Below the pieces are notes generated by a model. That model searched no databases and was not told where the DNA came from. It worked only from the letters and a program-made list of their open reading frames with translations. From an uncultured Caulobacter sp. (GTDB taxonomy: Bacteria; Pseudomonadota; Alphaproteobacteria; Caulobacterales; Caulobacteraceae), in NCBI GenBank assembly GCA_913776195.1, contig CAJYMH010000035.1, positions 1,437 to 65,436 of the forward strand: a stretch of 64,000 nt of DNA. The letters run 5' to 3'. The translations under genes were made by a program, and so were the position numbers. Positions 27,358-38,582 of this stretch are shown piece after piece. The first letter of the stretch is position 1. Every line of letters begins with the position of its first letter.

Positions 27358-27933
27358 ATGAAAAGGCTTGGGTTTTCAGCGCTTGCGGCGACGGCTCTGG
27401 CGATTGCCTCCCCCGCTGCCTCACAAACAGGCAATGCCGGTGTGGAGGCTCGTCCGCCGGTGTTCGACGCACTCATAAATTGCCGCAAGATCGGCGACGC
27501 CGCCGAGCGTCTGGCGTGCTTCGACAAGACCGCCGACCAGCTGGCCGCCGCCCAGACGTCGGGTGATGTGGTGGTGGTCGACCGCAAGGAGATCAAGAAG
27601 GCCCAGCGCTCGACCTTCGGCTTCAACATCGCCCTGCCCCAGGTCTTCAAGGACAAGGGCGGCGCCAAGCCGGACAAGGAAGAGAAGGGCGAGAAGACCG
27701 ACGACAGCGGCGACATCGAGGCGATCACCGCCGTCGCCGTCAAGGTCTGGCAAAGCGCCCGGGGCGAATGGAACTTCCAGCTGGAGGACGGCGCGGTCTG
27801 GAGGCAGACCGATTCCCCCGACCCGGCCCGCAGCTTCAAGAACGGCGTCACCGTCGAGATCAAGAAGGGCAAGCTGGGGAACTTCTTCCTCAAGGCCAAC
27901 GGCGCCCTCATGCGCGCCAAGCGCGACAGCTAG
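27358..27933 (+). CDS. Hypothetical exported protein (C..I.D..ERLACFD motif)
   Basis: AGGAG RBS, Sec signal, paired Cys, C-terminal beta-rich region (FQLEDGAVWRQ). Confidence 0.8.
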   Translation: MKRLGFSALAATALAIASPAASQTGNAGVEARPPVFDALINCRKIGDAAERLACFDKTADQLAAAQTSGDVVVVDRKEIKKAQRSTFGFNIALPQVFKDKGGAKPDKEEKGEKTDDSGDIEAITAVAVKVWQSARGEWNFQLEDGAVWRQTDSPDPARSFKNGVTVEIKKGKLGNFFLKANGALMRAKRDS

Positions 27934-27942
27934 GAAACCGCC

Positions 27943-28353
27943 ATGAGCCGCTTTCGCACCGTGACCGACAAGATTTCGGTCAGCCCGCAGATCACCCCCG
28001 ACGACGTGGCCGCCGCCGCCGGCGAGGGCTTCGCCCTGATCGTCAACAACCGCCCGGACGGCGAGGAGCCGGGCCAGCCGGACGGCGCCGAGATCGCCGC
28101 CGCGGCTGAAGAAGCGGGCCTAGGCTACATCTATATCCCCGTGCGCGGCATGCCGACGCCCGATCAGATCGAGGCCGTGCGCGAGGCGGTAGACGACGCC
28201 CACGGCAAGGTCTTGCTGTTCTGCCGCTCGGGAACCCGGTCGATCGTCAGCTGGTCCCTGGGCCAGGCGCAATCGGGCGCCAGCAGCCGCGACGAACTCG
28301 TCGCCCTGGGCGAGGCCGCGGGCTACGACCTGTCGGGCGTCCTGCCACGATAG
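27943..28353 (+). CDS. TIGR01244/DUF442 family sulfur transferase-like protein
   Basis: SVSPQI, NNRPDGEEPGQP and FCRSGTRS active-site loop. Confidence 0.9.
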   Translation: MSRFRTVTDKISVSPQITPDDVAAAAGEGFALIVNNRPDGEEPGQPDGAEIAAAAEEAGLGYIYIPVRGMPTPDQIEAVREAVDDAHGKVLLFCRSGTRSIVSWSLGQAQSGASSRDELVALGEAAGYDLSGVLPR

Positions 28354-28363
28354 GGGCGCCCGC

Positions 28364-29251
28364 TTGATCCCCTTCGTCCGCGAGCTCGATTTCCAGTACG
28401 GCCGCTGCGATCGGGTGTCGCCGCGGATCCGGCGTGTGATCGCCGACAATCCCGGCCCCTTCACCTATCTTGGGACCGGGACCTACATCGTCGGCCAGGG
28501 CGAGGTGGCGGTCATTGATCCGGGTCCGGATCTGCCGGTCCATCTGGACGCCCTGCTGGCCGCCATCGGCGATGAGCGGGTCAGCCACATCTTGATCACC
28601 CACGATCACGCGGACCATTCCCCCCTCGCCGCCGCCCTGTCGGCGGCCACCGGGGCCAAGGTGTGGGGGCGGTCACGCCAGGCGACCGGGCAGGTCTCCG
28701 GTGGTTTCGACGATGATCATGACGACGCGTTCCGCCCCGACTTCGAGGTGGACGACGGCGAGGTGTTCGAGGGCCCGGGCTGGACTCTGGAGGCGGTGCC
28801 GACCCCGGGCCATACCTCCAACCACGTGGCCTATGCGCTGAAGGAAGAGAACGCACTGTTCAGCGGCGACCACATCATGGGCTGGTCGACGACGGTGATA
28901 AGCCCGCCGGACGGCAGCATGGCCGCCTACTTCGACAGCCTGGACCGGGTAAAGGCGCGCGGCTACTCAACCCTGTGGCCGACCCACGGTCCGCCGGTCA
29001 CCGATCCCCAGCCGTTCATCGACGCCTATATCGCGCATCGTCGGGCGCGTGAGGCGCAGGTTCTAGCCGCCCTGAGCCAGGGGCCGACCACGATCCGCGC
29101 GATGGTGCCGGTGCTCTACGCCACCGTGGATCCGCGTCTGCACCCGGCGGCGGCGCATTCCCTGCTGGGCCATGTGGTGCAGCTGGTCGGCGAAGGCCGC
29201 GTGATCAGCGACGGCCCGCCGGGCGTTGAGACAGTCCTGCGCTTGGCCTGA
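28364..29251 (+). CDS. MBL-fold metallo-hydrolase (LACTB2-like)
   Basis: NPGPFTYLGTGTY, THDHADHS, TPGHTSNH, FSGDHIMGWSTTV, PTHG. Confidence 0.92.
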   Translation: MIPFVRELDFQYGRCDRVSPRIRRVIADNPGPFTYLGTGTYIVGQGEVAVIDPGPDLPVHLDALLAAIGDERVSHILITHDHADHSPLAAALSAATGAKVWGRSRQATGQVSGGFDDDHDDAFRPDFEVDDGEVFEGPGWTLEAVPTPGHTSNHVAYALKEENALFSGDHIMGWSTTVISPPDGSMAAYFDSLDRVKARGYSTLWPTHGPPVTDPQPFIDAYIAHRRAREAQVLAALSQGPTTIRAMVPVLYATVDPRLHPAAAHSLLGHVVQLVGEGRVISDGPPGVETVLRLA

Positions 29252-29261
29252 CGGCCAAGGT

Positions 29262-30902
<1,641 letters not shown>

Positions 30903-31009
30903 TCCCGCGCCTCCTCGTTATCGTTGTTTAGTCAACGGTAACCGGGGATGCTGCGGTGCGCAATCGGCGGCGCGGTTGAGCAATGTTACGTCACAGGAGC
31001 CGCGTCGCC

Positions 31010-31036
31010 CCCCCTTCTCCCATCAAGGGAGAGGGA
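31010..31036. repeat. Family B REP half element
   Basis: cccttctccc-atca-agggagaggg hairpin resembling the arms at 33984 and 52841. Confidence 0.5.
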
Positions 31037-31038
31037 GT

Positions 31039-32541
31039 TTATCGCAGCATCTCAGCCAACGCCTTGGCCTCGCCTTCGAACGCGGCGTCGGACTGGATGC
31101 GTTTCCAGGCGTCGAGGGCGCCGGGGTCGCGGGTGAGCTGAGCCTCCAGCACCGCCACGTCGGCGTCGGAGGCGTCGCCGGTGCGGGCGTCGACCCGCTG
31201 GCGCAGCAGCTCGGCCGGAGCCTGCAGCCAGACACCCTGGAATGGCACGCCGGCGCGCGCCGCGAGGTCGGCGGCCTGCTGGCGCTCCTCCGGCTTCAGG
31301 AACACGGCGTCGAGCACGACCGAAGCGCCGGTGGCCAGAACCAGGGCGGCTTCCTCGAACAGGCGGGCATAGACCTTGGCGCCGAACTCCGGCGTGTAGG
31401 CCTCAGCCGGCAGCTTCTCCAGCGGGGCGGCGCCCCATAGGCGCTTGCGCAGTTCGTCGGAGCGCAGGACCACCGCGCCCGGCGCGACGCCCAGGCCCGG
31501 CGCGGCGGCGCGGGCGAAGGTGGACTTGCCCGAACCCGACAGGCCGCCCACCGCGACAAGGCCGGTGCGCTTCGGCTCCAGATGCGCCAGGGCGGTGGCG
31601 AGATAGGCGCGGGCGGCCTCGTCGTCGCCGCTATAGGCCTGGACGTGGCAGCGCACGGCGGCGCGCACTGAGAGCATCAGCGGCAGGGCCGACAGGCCGG
31701 TGAACAGGCCGTCGCCGAAACTGCGGGCGGCCTCGTCCAGATAGGCGTTCATCACCCGGTTGGCCGCGTCGCGCCGTCGGCGAAAGTCCAGGTCCATCAG
31801 CAGGAAGGCCAAGTCGTACTGCACGTCGATATCCGACAGCACGTCGTTGAACTCGATACAGTCGAACAGGATCGGACGCCCGTCCTCCAGCAGAATGTTC
31901 CCCAAGTGTAGGTCGCCGTGACAGTGGCGGGCGAAGCCCTGGCCGGCGCGGGCGTTCAGCAGGTCGCCCTTAGCGGCGAAGGCGCGGTCGGTCTCGGCCA
32001 CCAGACGGGCCACGGCGGTTTCGCCGAGGCGCGGGCCAAGCCCGGTCAGCAGGCTGGCGTTGGAGCGGATGGTGTAGCCCAGCGCGGCGACGCCTCCGCC
32101 TTTCGGACGCAGGGCCGAGCCCAGATGGAAGGCGGCGATGGTGCGGCCAAGGCTTTCCTCAACCGCATCGTCCACGGCCCAGGGCTGAGCGGCGAGAACG
32201 GCGTCCTCGTCGAAGCGACGCATCTCCAGGGCGTGCTCGACCACCTCGCCCTCCCCGCCCAGGCTCAGGGAGCCGTCGGGCAGGCGGACGATGGGCGTGA
32301 CCTGGCGATAGATGTCGGAAGCCGCGGCGCGGTTGAAGGTCAGCTCCCGCTCCAGCGCCCAGCGCCGCAGTTCGAGCGTGGAGTAGTTGAGGAAGCCGAA
32401 GTCCACCGGGCGCTTCACCTTCCACGCGCTGTCGCCCAGCAGGAAGACGCGGGCGCAGGAGGTCTCGATGACCCGCTCCGCCTTGTCGCCGAACCATTGG
32501 GCGATGTCAGCCTCGTGGGCCAGCTCGGAAGGCGTCGTCAT
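31039..32541 (-). CDS. Bifunctional aminoglycoside phosphotransferase-like kinase / AAA (gluconate kinase-like) protein
   Basis: [17 protein letters not shown] kinase motif plus GLSGSGKST Walker A and DASDAD. Confidence 0.9.
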   Translation of the reverse strand: MTTPSELAHEADIAQWFGDKAERVIETSCARVFLLGDSAWKVKRPVDFGFLNYSTLELRRWALERELTFNRAAASDIYRQVTPIVRLPDGSLSLGGEGEVVEHALEMRRFDEDAVLAAQPWAVDDAVEESLGRTIAAFHLGSALRPKGGGVAALGYTIRSNASLLTGLGPRLGETAVARLVAETDRAFAAKGDLLNARAGQGFARHCHGDLHLGNILLEDGRPILFDCIEFNDVLSDIDVQYDLAFLLMDLDFRRRRDAANRVMNAYLDEAARSFGDGLFTGLSALPLMLSVRAAVRCHVQAYSGDDEAARAYLATALAHLEPKRTGLVAVGGLSGSGKSTFARAAAPGLGVAPGAVVLRSDELRKRLWGAAPLEKLPAEAYTPEFGAKVYARLFEEAALVLATGASVVLDAVFLKPEERQQAADLAARAGVPFQGVWLQAPAELLRQRVDARTGDASDADVAVLEAQLTRDPGALDAWKRIQSDAAFEGEAKALAEMLR

Positions 32542-33209
32542 GGGAACAGCCGGCGCGTGGTCCAGGCGGCGTCGGGCGAGGTCCGCTCGAACACCAACCG
32601 CTCATGCAGGCGGAACGGGCGGTCGCGCCAGAACTCGATGGCGACCGGCTTGATGCGGAAGCCGGACCAGTGCGGCGGACGGGTCACCTTGCCCAAGCCG
32701 AAGCGCAGGCCGACCTCGGCCACACGCTTCTCCAGCGCGAAGCGGTCCGGCAGGGTCCGCGACTGGTCGGACGCCCAGGCGCCCAGCTGGCTGGGGCGGG
32801 CGCGGGTGGCGAAATAGGCGTCGGCCTCGGCGTCGGTCACACGCTCAGCGGCGCCGCGCACGCGCACCTGACGGCGCAGGGACTTCCAGTGGAACAGCAG
32901 GGCGGCCTTAGGATTGGCGGCCAGCTCCCGCCCCTTCGCGCTGTCCAGGTTGGTGTAGAAGACGAAGCCGGAGGGATCGACGTCCTTCAACAGCACCATG
33001 CGCAGGTCCGGCAGGCCGTCCTCGTCCACGGTGGCCAGGGCCATGCCGTTCGGATCGTTCGGCTCGGACTTGTCGGCCGCCTTCAGCCACTCGGCGAACA
33101 GGGCGAAGGGGTCCGCTTCCGGCAACAGGGGCAGAGGCTCCGCGCTGGTCACCTGACGGACGTATTCGTCCTCGGTGGGGCTGTGCGGGATCAGGGGCTC
33201 GTCGGTCAT
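32538..33209 (-). CDS. pdxH: Pyridoxamine 5'-phosphate oxidase
   Basis: [45 protein letters not shown]. Confidence 0.97.
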   Translation of the reverse strand: MTDEPLIPHSPTEDEYVRQVTSAEPLPLLPEADPFALFAEWLKAADKSEPNDPNGMALATVDEDGLPDLRMVLLKDVDPSGFVFYTNLDSAKGRELAANPKAALLFHWKSLRRQVRVRGAAERVTDAEADAYFATRARPSQLGAWASDQSRTLPDRFALEKRVAEVGLRFGLGKVTRPPHWSGFRIKPVAIEFWRDRPFRLHERLVFERTSPDAAWTTRRLFP

Positions 33210-33284
33210 GTCCGCCCTATAGCGCGCCTTGGCTTTCGGATCAGCCTTAACAGGAAATTGACCAAAACAGCCGAGGCTCCCTCG

Positions 33285-33980
33285 GTGACTACTCGCGCTG
33301 TCATAACCCCCGCCACAGCCCGCGCCCTTCTGGGCGTGGAGCGCGGCGCTGACGCGCAGACCCTGCGAAAAGCCTTTCGCGAGGCCGCCAAGCGGGCCCA
33401 CCCCGACCGTCCTGGCGGCAGCCCCGCCTTGTTCCGCGACGTCCTGTCGGCGCACCGCGTGCTGCAGACCGACCTCGCCTCGCCCATCGCCTTCCCGCCC
33501 GCCGTGCAGGAGCCCGCCGCGCCGCCCGCCACCGGCGTGACCATCACCCCCCTGATCGCCGTCGAGGGCGGACAGGTGGAGATCGAGCACGAGGGCCGCC
33601 GCCTGCGCGTCACCCTGCCGCCCGGCCTGCGCGAGGACGACCGGATCCGCGTGGACGGCGTGGTCCTGGCCGTGGCCATCAGCGGCGACGCCGAGGCCCT
33701 GGTGCGCGGCGACGACCTGTGGCTGACCGCGGCCATCGATCCGCAGCTTCTGGCCGACGGCGGCCGCGCCGTCATCGACACCCCCGTAGGCCGCCGCAGC
33801 GTCTGGATCACCCAGAAGGCGGCCGAGCGCGGCCTGATCCGCGTGTCCGGCCAAGGCCTGCCGGCGCGAGGCGATCACGCGCAAGGCGACCTGTTCCTGC
33901 GCGTGGAGCGTGCGGCCGAACGCGGCGAGAGCGCGGCCCGGACGCTGTTGAAGCGGTTCACCGCCGCCTGGGCGGCCTAG
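33285..33980 (+). CDS. DnaJ-domain protein (J domain plus C-terminal DnaJ_C, CbpA-like)
   Basis: [25 protein letters not shown]; GTG start inferred. Confidence 0.85.
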   Translation: MTTRAVITPATARALLGVERGADAQTLRKAFREAAKRAHPDRPGGSPALFRDVLSAHRVLQTDLASPIAFPPAVQEPAAPPATGVTITPLIAVEGGQVEIEHEGRRLRVTLPPGLREDDRIRVDGVVLAVAISGDAEALVRGDDLWLTAAIDPQLLADGGRAVIDTPVGRRSVWITQKAAERGLIRVSGQGLPARGDHAQGDLFLRVERAAERGESAARTLLKRFTAAWAA

Positions 33981-33983
33981 CAT

Positions 33984-34116
33984 CTCCCCTCGCCCCCGCT
34001 TGCGGGGGGAGAGGGTTGGGTGAGGGGGCTGCTGAGTTTCAGTCAACGAAGCCTTAGAAGCTGATCCGCCGAAGGCCCCTCACCCTTACCCTCTCCCCAC
34101 ACGTGGGGAGAGGGGA
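33984..34116. repeat. REP doublet, family B
   Basis: cccct..cgcttgcggggggagaggg..gtgagggg / cccctcacc..ccctctcccc..ggggagagggg arms; sibling at 52841. Confidence 0.85.
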
Positions 34117-34152
34117 TTGGTCGCGCTGGCGCCTTCCGCTACAAGCCCTGCC

Positions 34153-35271
34153 ATGTCGCACAACACCTTCGGCCACCTGTTCCGCGTCACCACCTGGGGC
34201 GAAAGCCATGGGCCCGCGTTGGGGTGCGTGGTGGACGGGTGCCCTCCCGGCGTCGGGCTGACCGCGGCCGAGATCCAGGTCTGGCTCGACAGGCGCAAGC
34301 CCGGCCAGGGCAAGTTCGTCACCCAGCGGCGCGAGCCGGACGAGGTGAAGATCCTGTCGGGCGTGTTCGAGGACGAGCGCACCAACGGCCAAGTGACCAC
34401 GGGCACGCCGATCAGCCTGCTGATCGAGAACACCGACCAGCGGTCCAAGGACTATTCGGAGATCGCCCAGGCCTTCCGCCCGGGCCACGCCGACTACGCC
34501 TATTTCGCCAAGTACGGCGTCCGGGACTACCGCGGCGGCGGGCGTTCCTCCGCCCGCGAGACGGCGGCGCGCGTCGCTGCCGGCGCGGTGGCCCGCAAGA
34601 TCCTGGAGGGCGTGACCATCCGCGCCTGCCTGGCGCAGATCGGCCCGCACGCCATCGACCGTTCGCGGTTCGACTGGGCGGAGGTCGAGAACAATCCCTT
34701 CTGGTCCCCCGACGCGGCCATCGTGTCGGTGTGGGAGGAGCACCTGGAGACGATCCGCAAGGCCGGCTCGTCCACCGGCGCCGTGGTCGAGGTCGTGGCC
34801 GAGGGCGTGCCCGCCGGCTGGGGCGCGCCGATCTATGGCAAGCTGGACAGCGAACTGGCCGCCGCCCTGATGTCGATCAACGCCGCCAAGGGCGTGGAGA
34901 TCGGAGCCGGCTTCGCCTCCGCCGCCTTCACCGGCGAGGAGAACGCCGACGAGATGCGGATGAAGGACGGCCGGATCGCGTTCCTGGCCAACAACGCCGG
35001 CGGCGTGCTGGGCGGCATCTCCACCGGCCAGCCGGTGGTCGCCCGCGTGGCGTTCAAGCCCACTTCCTCGATCCTCACCCCGCGCCAGGCGGTGAACGAG
35101 AAGGGCGAGGAGGTCGACCTGCGTACCAAGGGCCGCCACGATCCCTGCGTCGGCATCCGCGGCGTGCCGGTGGTCGAGGCCATGACCGCCTGCGTCCTGG
35201 CCGACGCCTTCCTACGCCACCGCGCCCAGACCGGCGGCGGCGCCTTCACGCCCGGAGCGAGCGGCGAATAA
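34153..35271 (+). CDS. aroC: Chorismate synthase
   Basis: [38 protein letters not shown]. Confidence 0.98.
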   Translation: MSHNTFGHLFRVTTWGESHGPALGCVVDGCPPGVGLTAAEIQVWLDRRKPGQGKFVTQRREPDEVKILSGVFEDERTNGQVTTGTPISLLIENTDQRSKDYSEIAQAFRPGHADYAYFAKYGVRDYRGGGRSSARETAARVAAGAVARKILEGVTIRACLAQIGPHAIDRSRFDWAEVENNPFWSPDAAIVSVWEEHLETIRKAGSSTGAVVEVVAEGVPAGWGAPIYGKLDSELAAALMSINAAKGVEIGAGFASAAFTGEENADEMRMKDGRIAFLANNAGGVLGGISTGQPVVARVAFKPTSSILTPRQAVNEKGEEVDLRTKGRHDPCVGIRGVPVVEAMTACVLADAFLRHRAQTGGGAFTPGASGE

Positions 35272-35430
35272 TCCGCTCCAAAAGCAGGCGATGGGTAGCT
35301 CAATCGCCGCCCGCGTTAAGCCTAACGTTGTTTTTCGCGTTGACCGCCAAGGATTTAGGCCATTATGGAGCCTGCGCGCCAAAGGCATATACTGCCTTCG
35401 GCGGGGGGACACAGGGGCAGCAATCCGGTC

Positions 35431-35937
35431 GTGCAATTCGGTTTCCTGAAAGTTCTTCTGGTTGATGACAACCAGAACATGCTGCTTTTGCTCACGGAGA
35501 TTCTCCGGGCGATCGGCGTGCGTCAGGTCTATGAGGCGCTCGACGGCGGCGAAGCCTTCGAGGTCATGCGCCGTAACGCCATCGACATCGTGATCACCGA
35601 CCTGACCATGTCGCCGATCAACGGCATCGACTTCGTCAACCTGCTGCGCAACAGCCCTGACAGCCCCAACCAGCTGGTGCCGATCATCATGGTCACCGGC
35701 CACTCCACCCCCCGCGCGGTGAAGGAAGCCCGCGACGCCGGGGTCAACGAGTTCCTGGCCAAGCCGGTCACCGCCCGCAGCGTGATCCACCGCATCGGCC
35801 TGGTCATCGAACAGGCCCGCCCGTTCATCCGCTCCCACGACTATTTCGGCCCCGACCGCCGCCGGCGCGACGACCCGAACTACACCGGCCAGAAGCGCCG
35901 CGAGACGGACCAGCTGTCGGACGAAGAGCTGTACTAG
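35431..35937 (+). CDS. CheY-like response regulator with Arg-rich c-di-GMP-binding tail (Cle family)
   Basis: Receiver motifs VDD, D, T, KP followed by RPFIRSHDYFGPDRRRR..YTGQKRR. Confidence 0.85.
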   Translation: MQFGFLKVLLVDDNQNMLLLLTEILRAIGVRQVYEALDGGEAFEVMRRNAIDIVITDLTMSPINGIDFVNLLRNSPDSPNQLVPIIMVTGHSTPRAVKEARDAGVNEFLAKPVTARSVIHRIGLVIEQARPFIRSHDYFGPDRRRRDDPNYTGQKRRETDQLSDEELY

Positions 35938-35941
35938 CTCC

Positions 35942-36030
35942 CCGCTCATCCCGGCGAAGGCCGGGAACCAGGTGAAGCCCCGCTGAGGCTCTGGATGAAT
36001 CTGGGTCCCGGCCCTCGCCGGGATGAGCGG
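35942..36030. repeat. REP/CIR-like palindromic element, family C
   Basis: ccgctcatcccggcgaaggccggga ... tcccggccctcgccgggatgagcgg, with GAATC at 35997-36001. Confidence 0.85.
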
Positions 36031-36046
36031 TTGATATTGATAATGC

Positions 36047-36103
36047 AGAGCGCCCCCTCCACCGCTTCGTGGTCCCCCTCCCCCGCTGCGCAGGGGAGGA
36101 GAA
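36047..36103. repeat. Family A half element
   Basis: agagcgccccctccacc..ggtccccctccccc..ggggaggagaa. Confidence 0.75.
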
Positions 36104-36177
36104 AAGGCCGCACATCGCGGAAATCTTGCGGTCAGAACTTTGTGGCATGCTCCGAGCCTCAAGTCGGAGTTCTTCCC

Positions 36178-36384
36178 ATGTCCTTCTCCCGTCTGGCCGC
36201 CCTGTCGGCCGTGATCGCCAGCGCGCTGGTGCTGCAAGGCTGCCTGGCCGTGGCGGCGGGAGGCGCGGTGGTCGGGGCCGGGGCGGCCGTGGTCGGCGGC
36301 ACCGCCAAGGTCGCCGGCAAGGCCGTGGTCGGCACGGGGAAGCTTATCATCCCGGGGGATGGCGAGGACGACGACCGCCGCTGA
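36178..36384 (+). CDS. Small putative lipoprotein
   Basis: Lipobox LQGC, Gly/Ala-rich mature part; GGAG RBS. Confidence 0.75.
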   Translation: MSFSRLAALSAVIASALVLQGCLAVAAGGAVVGAGAAVVGGTAKVAGKAVVGTGKLIIPGDGEDDDRR

Positions 36385-36753
36385 TTAGAGGCTCAGCTCA
36401 CACCGCTCGCCGATGGTCGGGCGGGAGACCACCACGCGCGACAGGCCGGGGAAGCGGGTCTTCAGCTTGCCGGCGAAGTGTAGGCAGAGGTTCTCGAGCG
36501 TCGGGACCTGCAGGCCCGGATGGTCGTTCAGCAGGCCGTGGTCCAGCTCCTCGGCCACGCCTTTCAGGGCCTTGTCGAGGACGTCGAGGTCCTCGACCCA
36601 GCCGGCGTCCTGGGCGGCGCCCTTCACGCTGGCCTCCACCTTGAACGAATGGCCGTGCAGGCGGCGATAGCGATGCTCGGCGGGGCCTTGCTCGATGTAG
36701 TGGGCGGCGTCGAAGGTCGCGGCCTTCGTGATCTCGAAGACAGGCTCGGTCAT
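36385..36753 (-). CDS. queD: 6-carboxy-5,6,7,8-tetrahydropterin synthase
   Basis: FDAAH, RLHGHSF, LDHGLLN, PTLENL; in an operon with queE and queC. Confidence 0.92.
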   Translation of the reverse strand: MTEPVFEITKAATFDAAHYIEQGPAEHRYRRLHGHSFKVEASVKGAAQDAGWVEDLDVLDKALKGVAEELDHGLLNDHPGLQVPTLENLCLHFAGKLKTRFPGLSRVVVSRPTIGERCELSL

Positions 36754-36821
36754 GGCTCGAAACTTTTGTGGCGGGGCCTGGGAGGGCTGCACGTCCTCGG
36801 CGTAACGGCCGAAAACGCTCC

Positions 36822-37454
36822 TCAGGGCAGGCCCAGATATTTGTGCGTCTGGACGCTTAAACGCCACTTGGGGTGGGAAAGGCAATAGGCGACGGCCTTT
36901 TGCGTGTTCTCAAGCTGGTCCGGCCCGTCCATGGGCTGGAGGTAGAAGCGCTCGAAATCCAGGTCCGCGAACCGCGCCGGATCGGCCAGGGGCTGCGGAT
37001 AGACCAGCTTCAGTTCCTGGCCCCGGGTCTGGACCACGGGGGCGTCGGCCTTGGGGCTGACGCAGATCCAGTCGATCCCGTCAGGCGCCGGCAGGGTGCC
37101 GTTGGTCTCCACCGCGATCATGAAGCCGCGCGCGTGCAGGGCGTCGATCAGGGACGCATCTAGCTGCAGCATCGGCTCGCCACCGGTGATGACCACCAGC
37201 CGGTCGTCCGGCCCGCCGGTCCAGGCGGCCGCCACCGCATCGGCCAGGGCGTCGGGCGTGGCGAACTTGCCGCCGCCCACGCCATCCGTTCCCACGAAAT
37301 CGGTGTCGCAGAAGGTGCAGACGGCCTTGGCCCGATCCTGCTCGCGCCCGGTCCACAGGTTGCAGCCGGCAAACCGGCAGAACACGGCGGCCTTGCCGGC
37401 CTGGCCGCCCTCACCCTGGAGGGTGAGGAAGATCTCCTTGACGCTGTAGGTCAT
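36822..37454 (-). CDS. queE: 7-carboxy-7-deazaguanine synthase (radical SAM, Cx14CxxC type)
   Basis: [34 protein letters not shown]. Confidence 0.96.
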   Translation of the reverse strand: MTYSVKEIFLTLQGEGGQAGKAAVFCRFAGCNLWTGREQDRAKAVCTFCDTDFVGTDGVGGGKFATPDALADAVAAAWTGGPDDRLVVITGGEPMLQLDASLIDALHARGFMIAVETNGTLPAPDGIDWICVSPKADAPVVQTRGQELKLVYPQPLADPARFADLDFERFYLQPMDGPDQLENTQKAVAYCLSHPKWRLSVQTHKYLGLP

Positions 37455-38188
37455 GCCAGCGCCCGGCGACCGTCGCCGACCCAGGCGTTCCAGCCCATGG
37501 CCCGCAGGTCGCAGGCCGGGCACGCGGCGCAGCCATGGCCCCAGTCGTGCAGCACGCCGCGCTCGCCGCGATAGCAGGTGTGGCTGTCCTCGACGATGAT
37601 CCGCACAAGGTCCTCGCCGCCCAGGCTCTTGGCCAGGGCCCAAGTTTCAGCCTTGGTCAGGCGCATCAGCGGCGTCTCGATGGAGAAGTCGCGGTCCATG
37701 CCGAGGTTCAGCGTGGTCTGAAGCGCATCGAGCGTGTCGCGGCGGCAGTCGGGATAGCCGGAGAAGTCGGTCTCGCACATGCCCCCCACCAGGGCGCGCA
37801 GGCCCCGACGATCGGCCAGGGCGGCGGCGTAGGTCAGGAACACCAGGTTGCGGCCGGGCACGAAGGTGGTCGGCAGGCCGCGCTCGTTGATCTCGATCTC
37901 GCGCTCGGCGGTCAGGGCGCTCTGCGCCACCTCGCCAAAGCCGCGGATGTCGAGCACGTGGTCCTCGCCCAGGCGCGACGCCCACTGGGGAAAGGCCTCG
38001 ATCAGGCGGGCGCGCACCTGCTGGCGGGCCTGCATCTCGACCGAATGGCGCTGGCCATAGTCGAAGCCCACGGTCTCGACCCGCTCATAGCGCTCAAGCG
38101 CCCAGGCGAGGCAGACGCTGGAATCCTGGCCGCCGGAGAACAGGACCAGGGCGCCTTGGGACGGCGGGGAAGCGGGGGCGATCGACAT
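37451..38188 (-). CDS. queC: 7-cyano-7-deazaguanine synthase
   Basis: FSGGQDS, YGQRH, TFVPGRN, SGYPDCR, TCY..GC..C..C. Confidence 0.97.
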   Translation of the reverse strand: MSIAPASPPSQGALVLFSGGQDSSVCLAWALERYERVETVGFDYGQRHSVEMQARQQVRARLIEAFPQWASRLGEDHVLDIRGFGEVAQSALTAEREIEINERGLPTTFVPGRNLVFLTYAAALADRRGLRALVGGMCETDFSGYPDCRRDTLDALQTTLNLGMDRDFSIETPLMRLTKAETWALAKSLGGEDLVRIIVEDSHTCYRGERGVLHDWGHGCAACPACDLRAMGWNAWVGDGRRALA

Positions 38189-38582
38189 GGCGCCTGCTCT
38201 ACATCAACCGCGCGCCGGGCGGAACGGCGCAGGGCGTCGCGGGGTGGCGGTGGGCGATGAGATGTCTCCCCTGTCTTCAGTCGCCGTCGTCGCGCCGCCG
38301 GGTGACTTCGAAGACGGCGCCGGAGACGACGGCGACTCCATTGTCGCTCCACTGGCCGGGGTGGGGATAGGCGGCTGAAACTCGCCGTGACGGCGGGATT
38401 GCGGGCGGGGATTGAGGGTGTGAGGCGGGATCGAGGGGTGGTCGGCGGAGGCGGGACCGGAATGTCTCCAGAGTCTCGCGGAAGGGTCCTGGAGTAGCGG
38501 GAGTATCGGTCTCGGGAATCTACTGTGATGGAGGCCGCTTTTGGCGCAAAGCTGCCATCCACGCGTGAGTTCGAACTCCTCC

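Noticed and set aside
31039-32541. Aminoglycoside resistance gene
   Set aside because: Belongs to the widespread APH-like/AAA fusion family in a core context; resistance is not supported
36385-38188. queCED as a 7-deazaguanine DNA-modification (dpd) defence system
   Set aside because: No dpdA/TGT paralog, dpdB/C or helicases nearby; this is the ordinary queuosine precursor operon
38189-38400. Canonical preQ1 riboswitch upstream of queC
   Set aside because: No preQ1-I stem-loop with an A-rich tail is visible; the region is kept only as an unexplained hairpin
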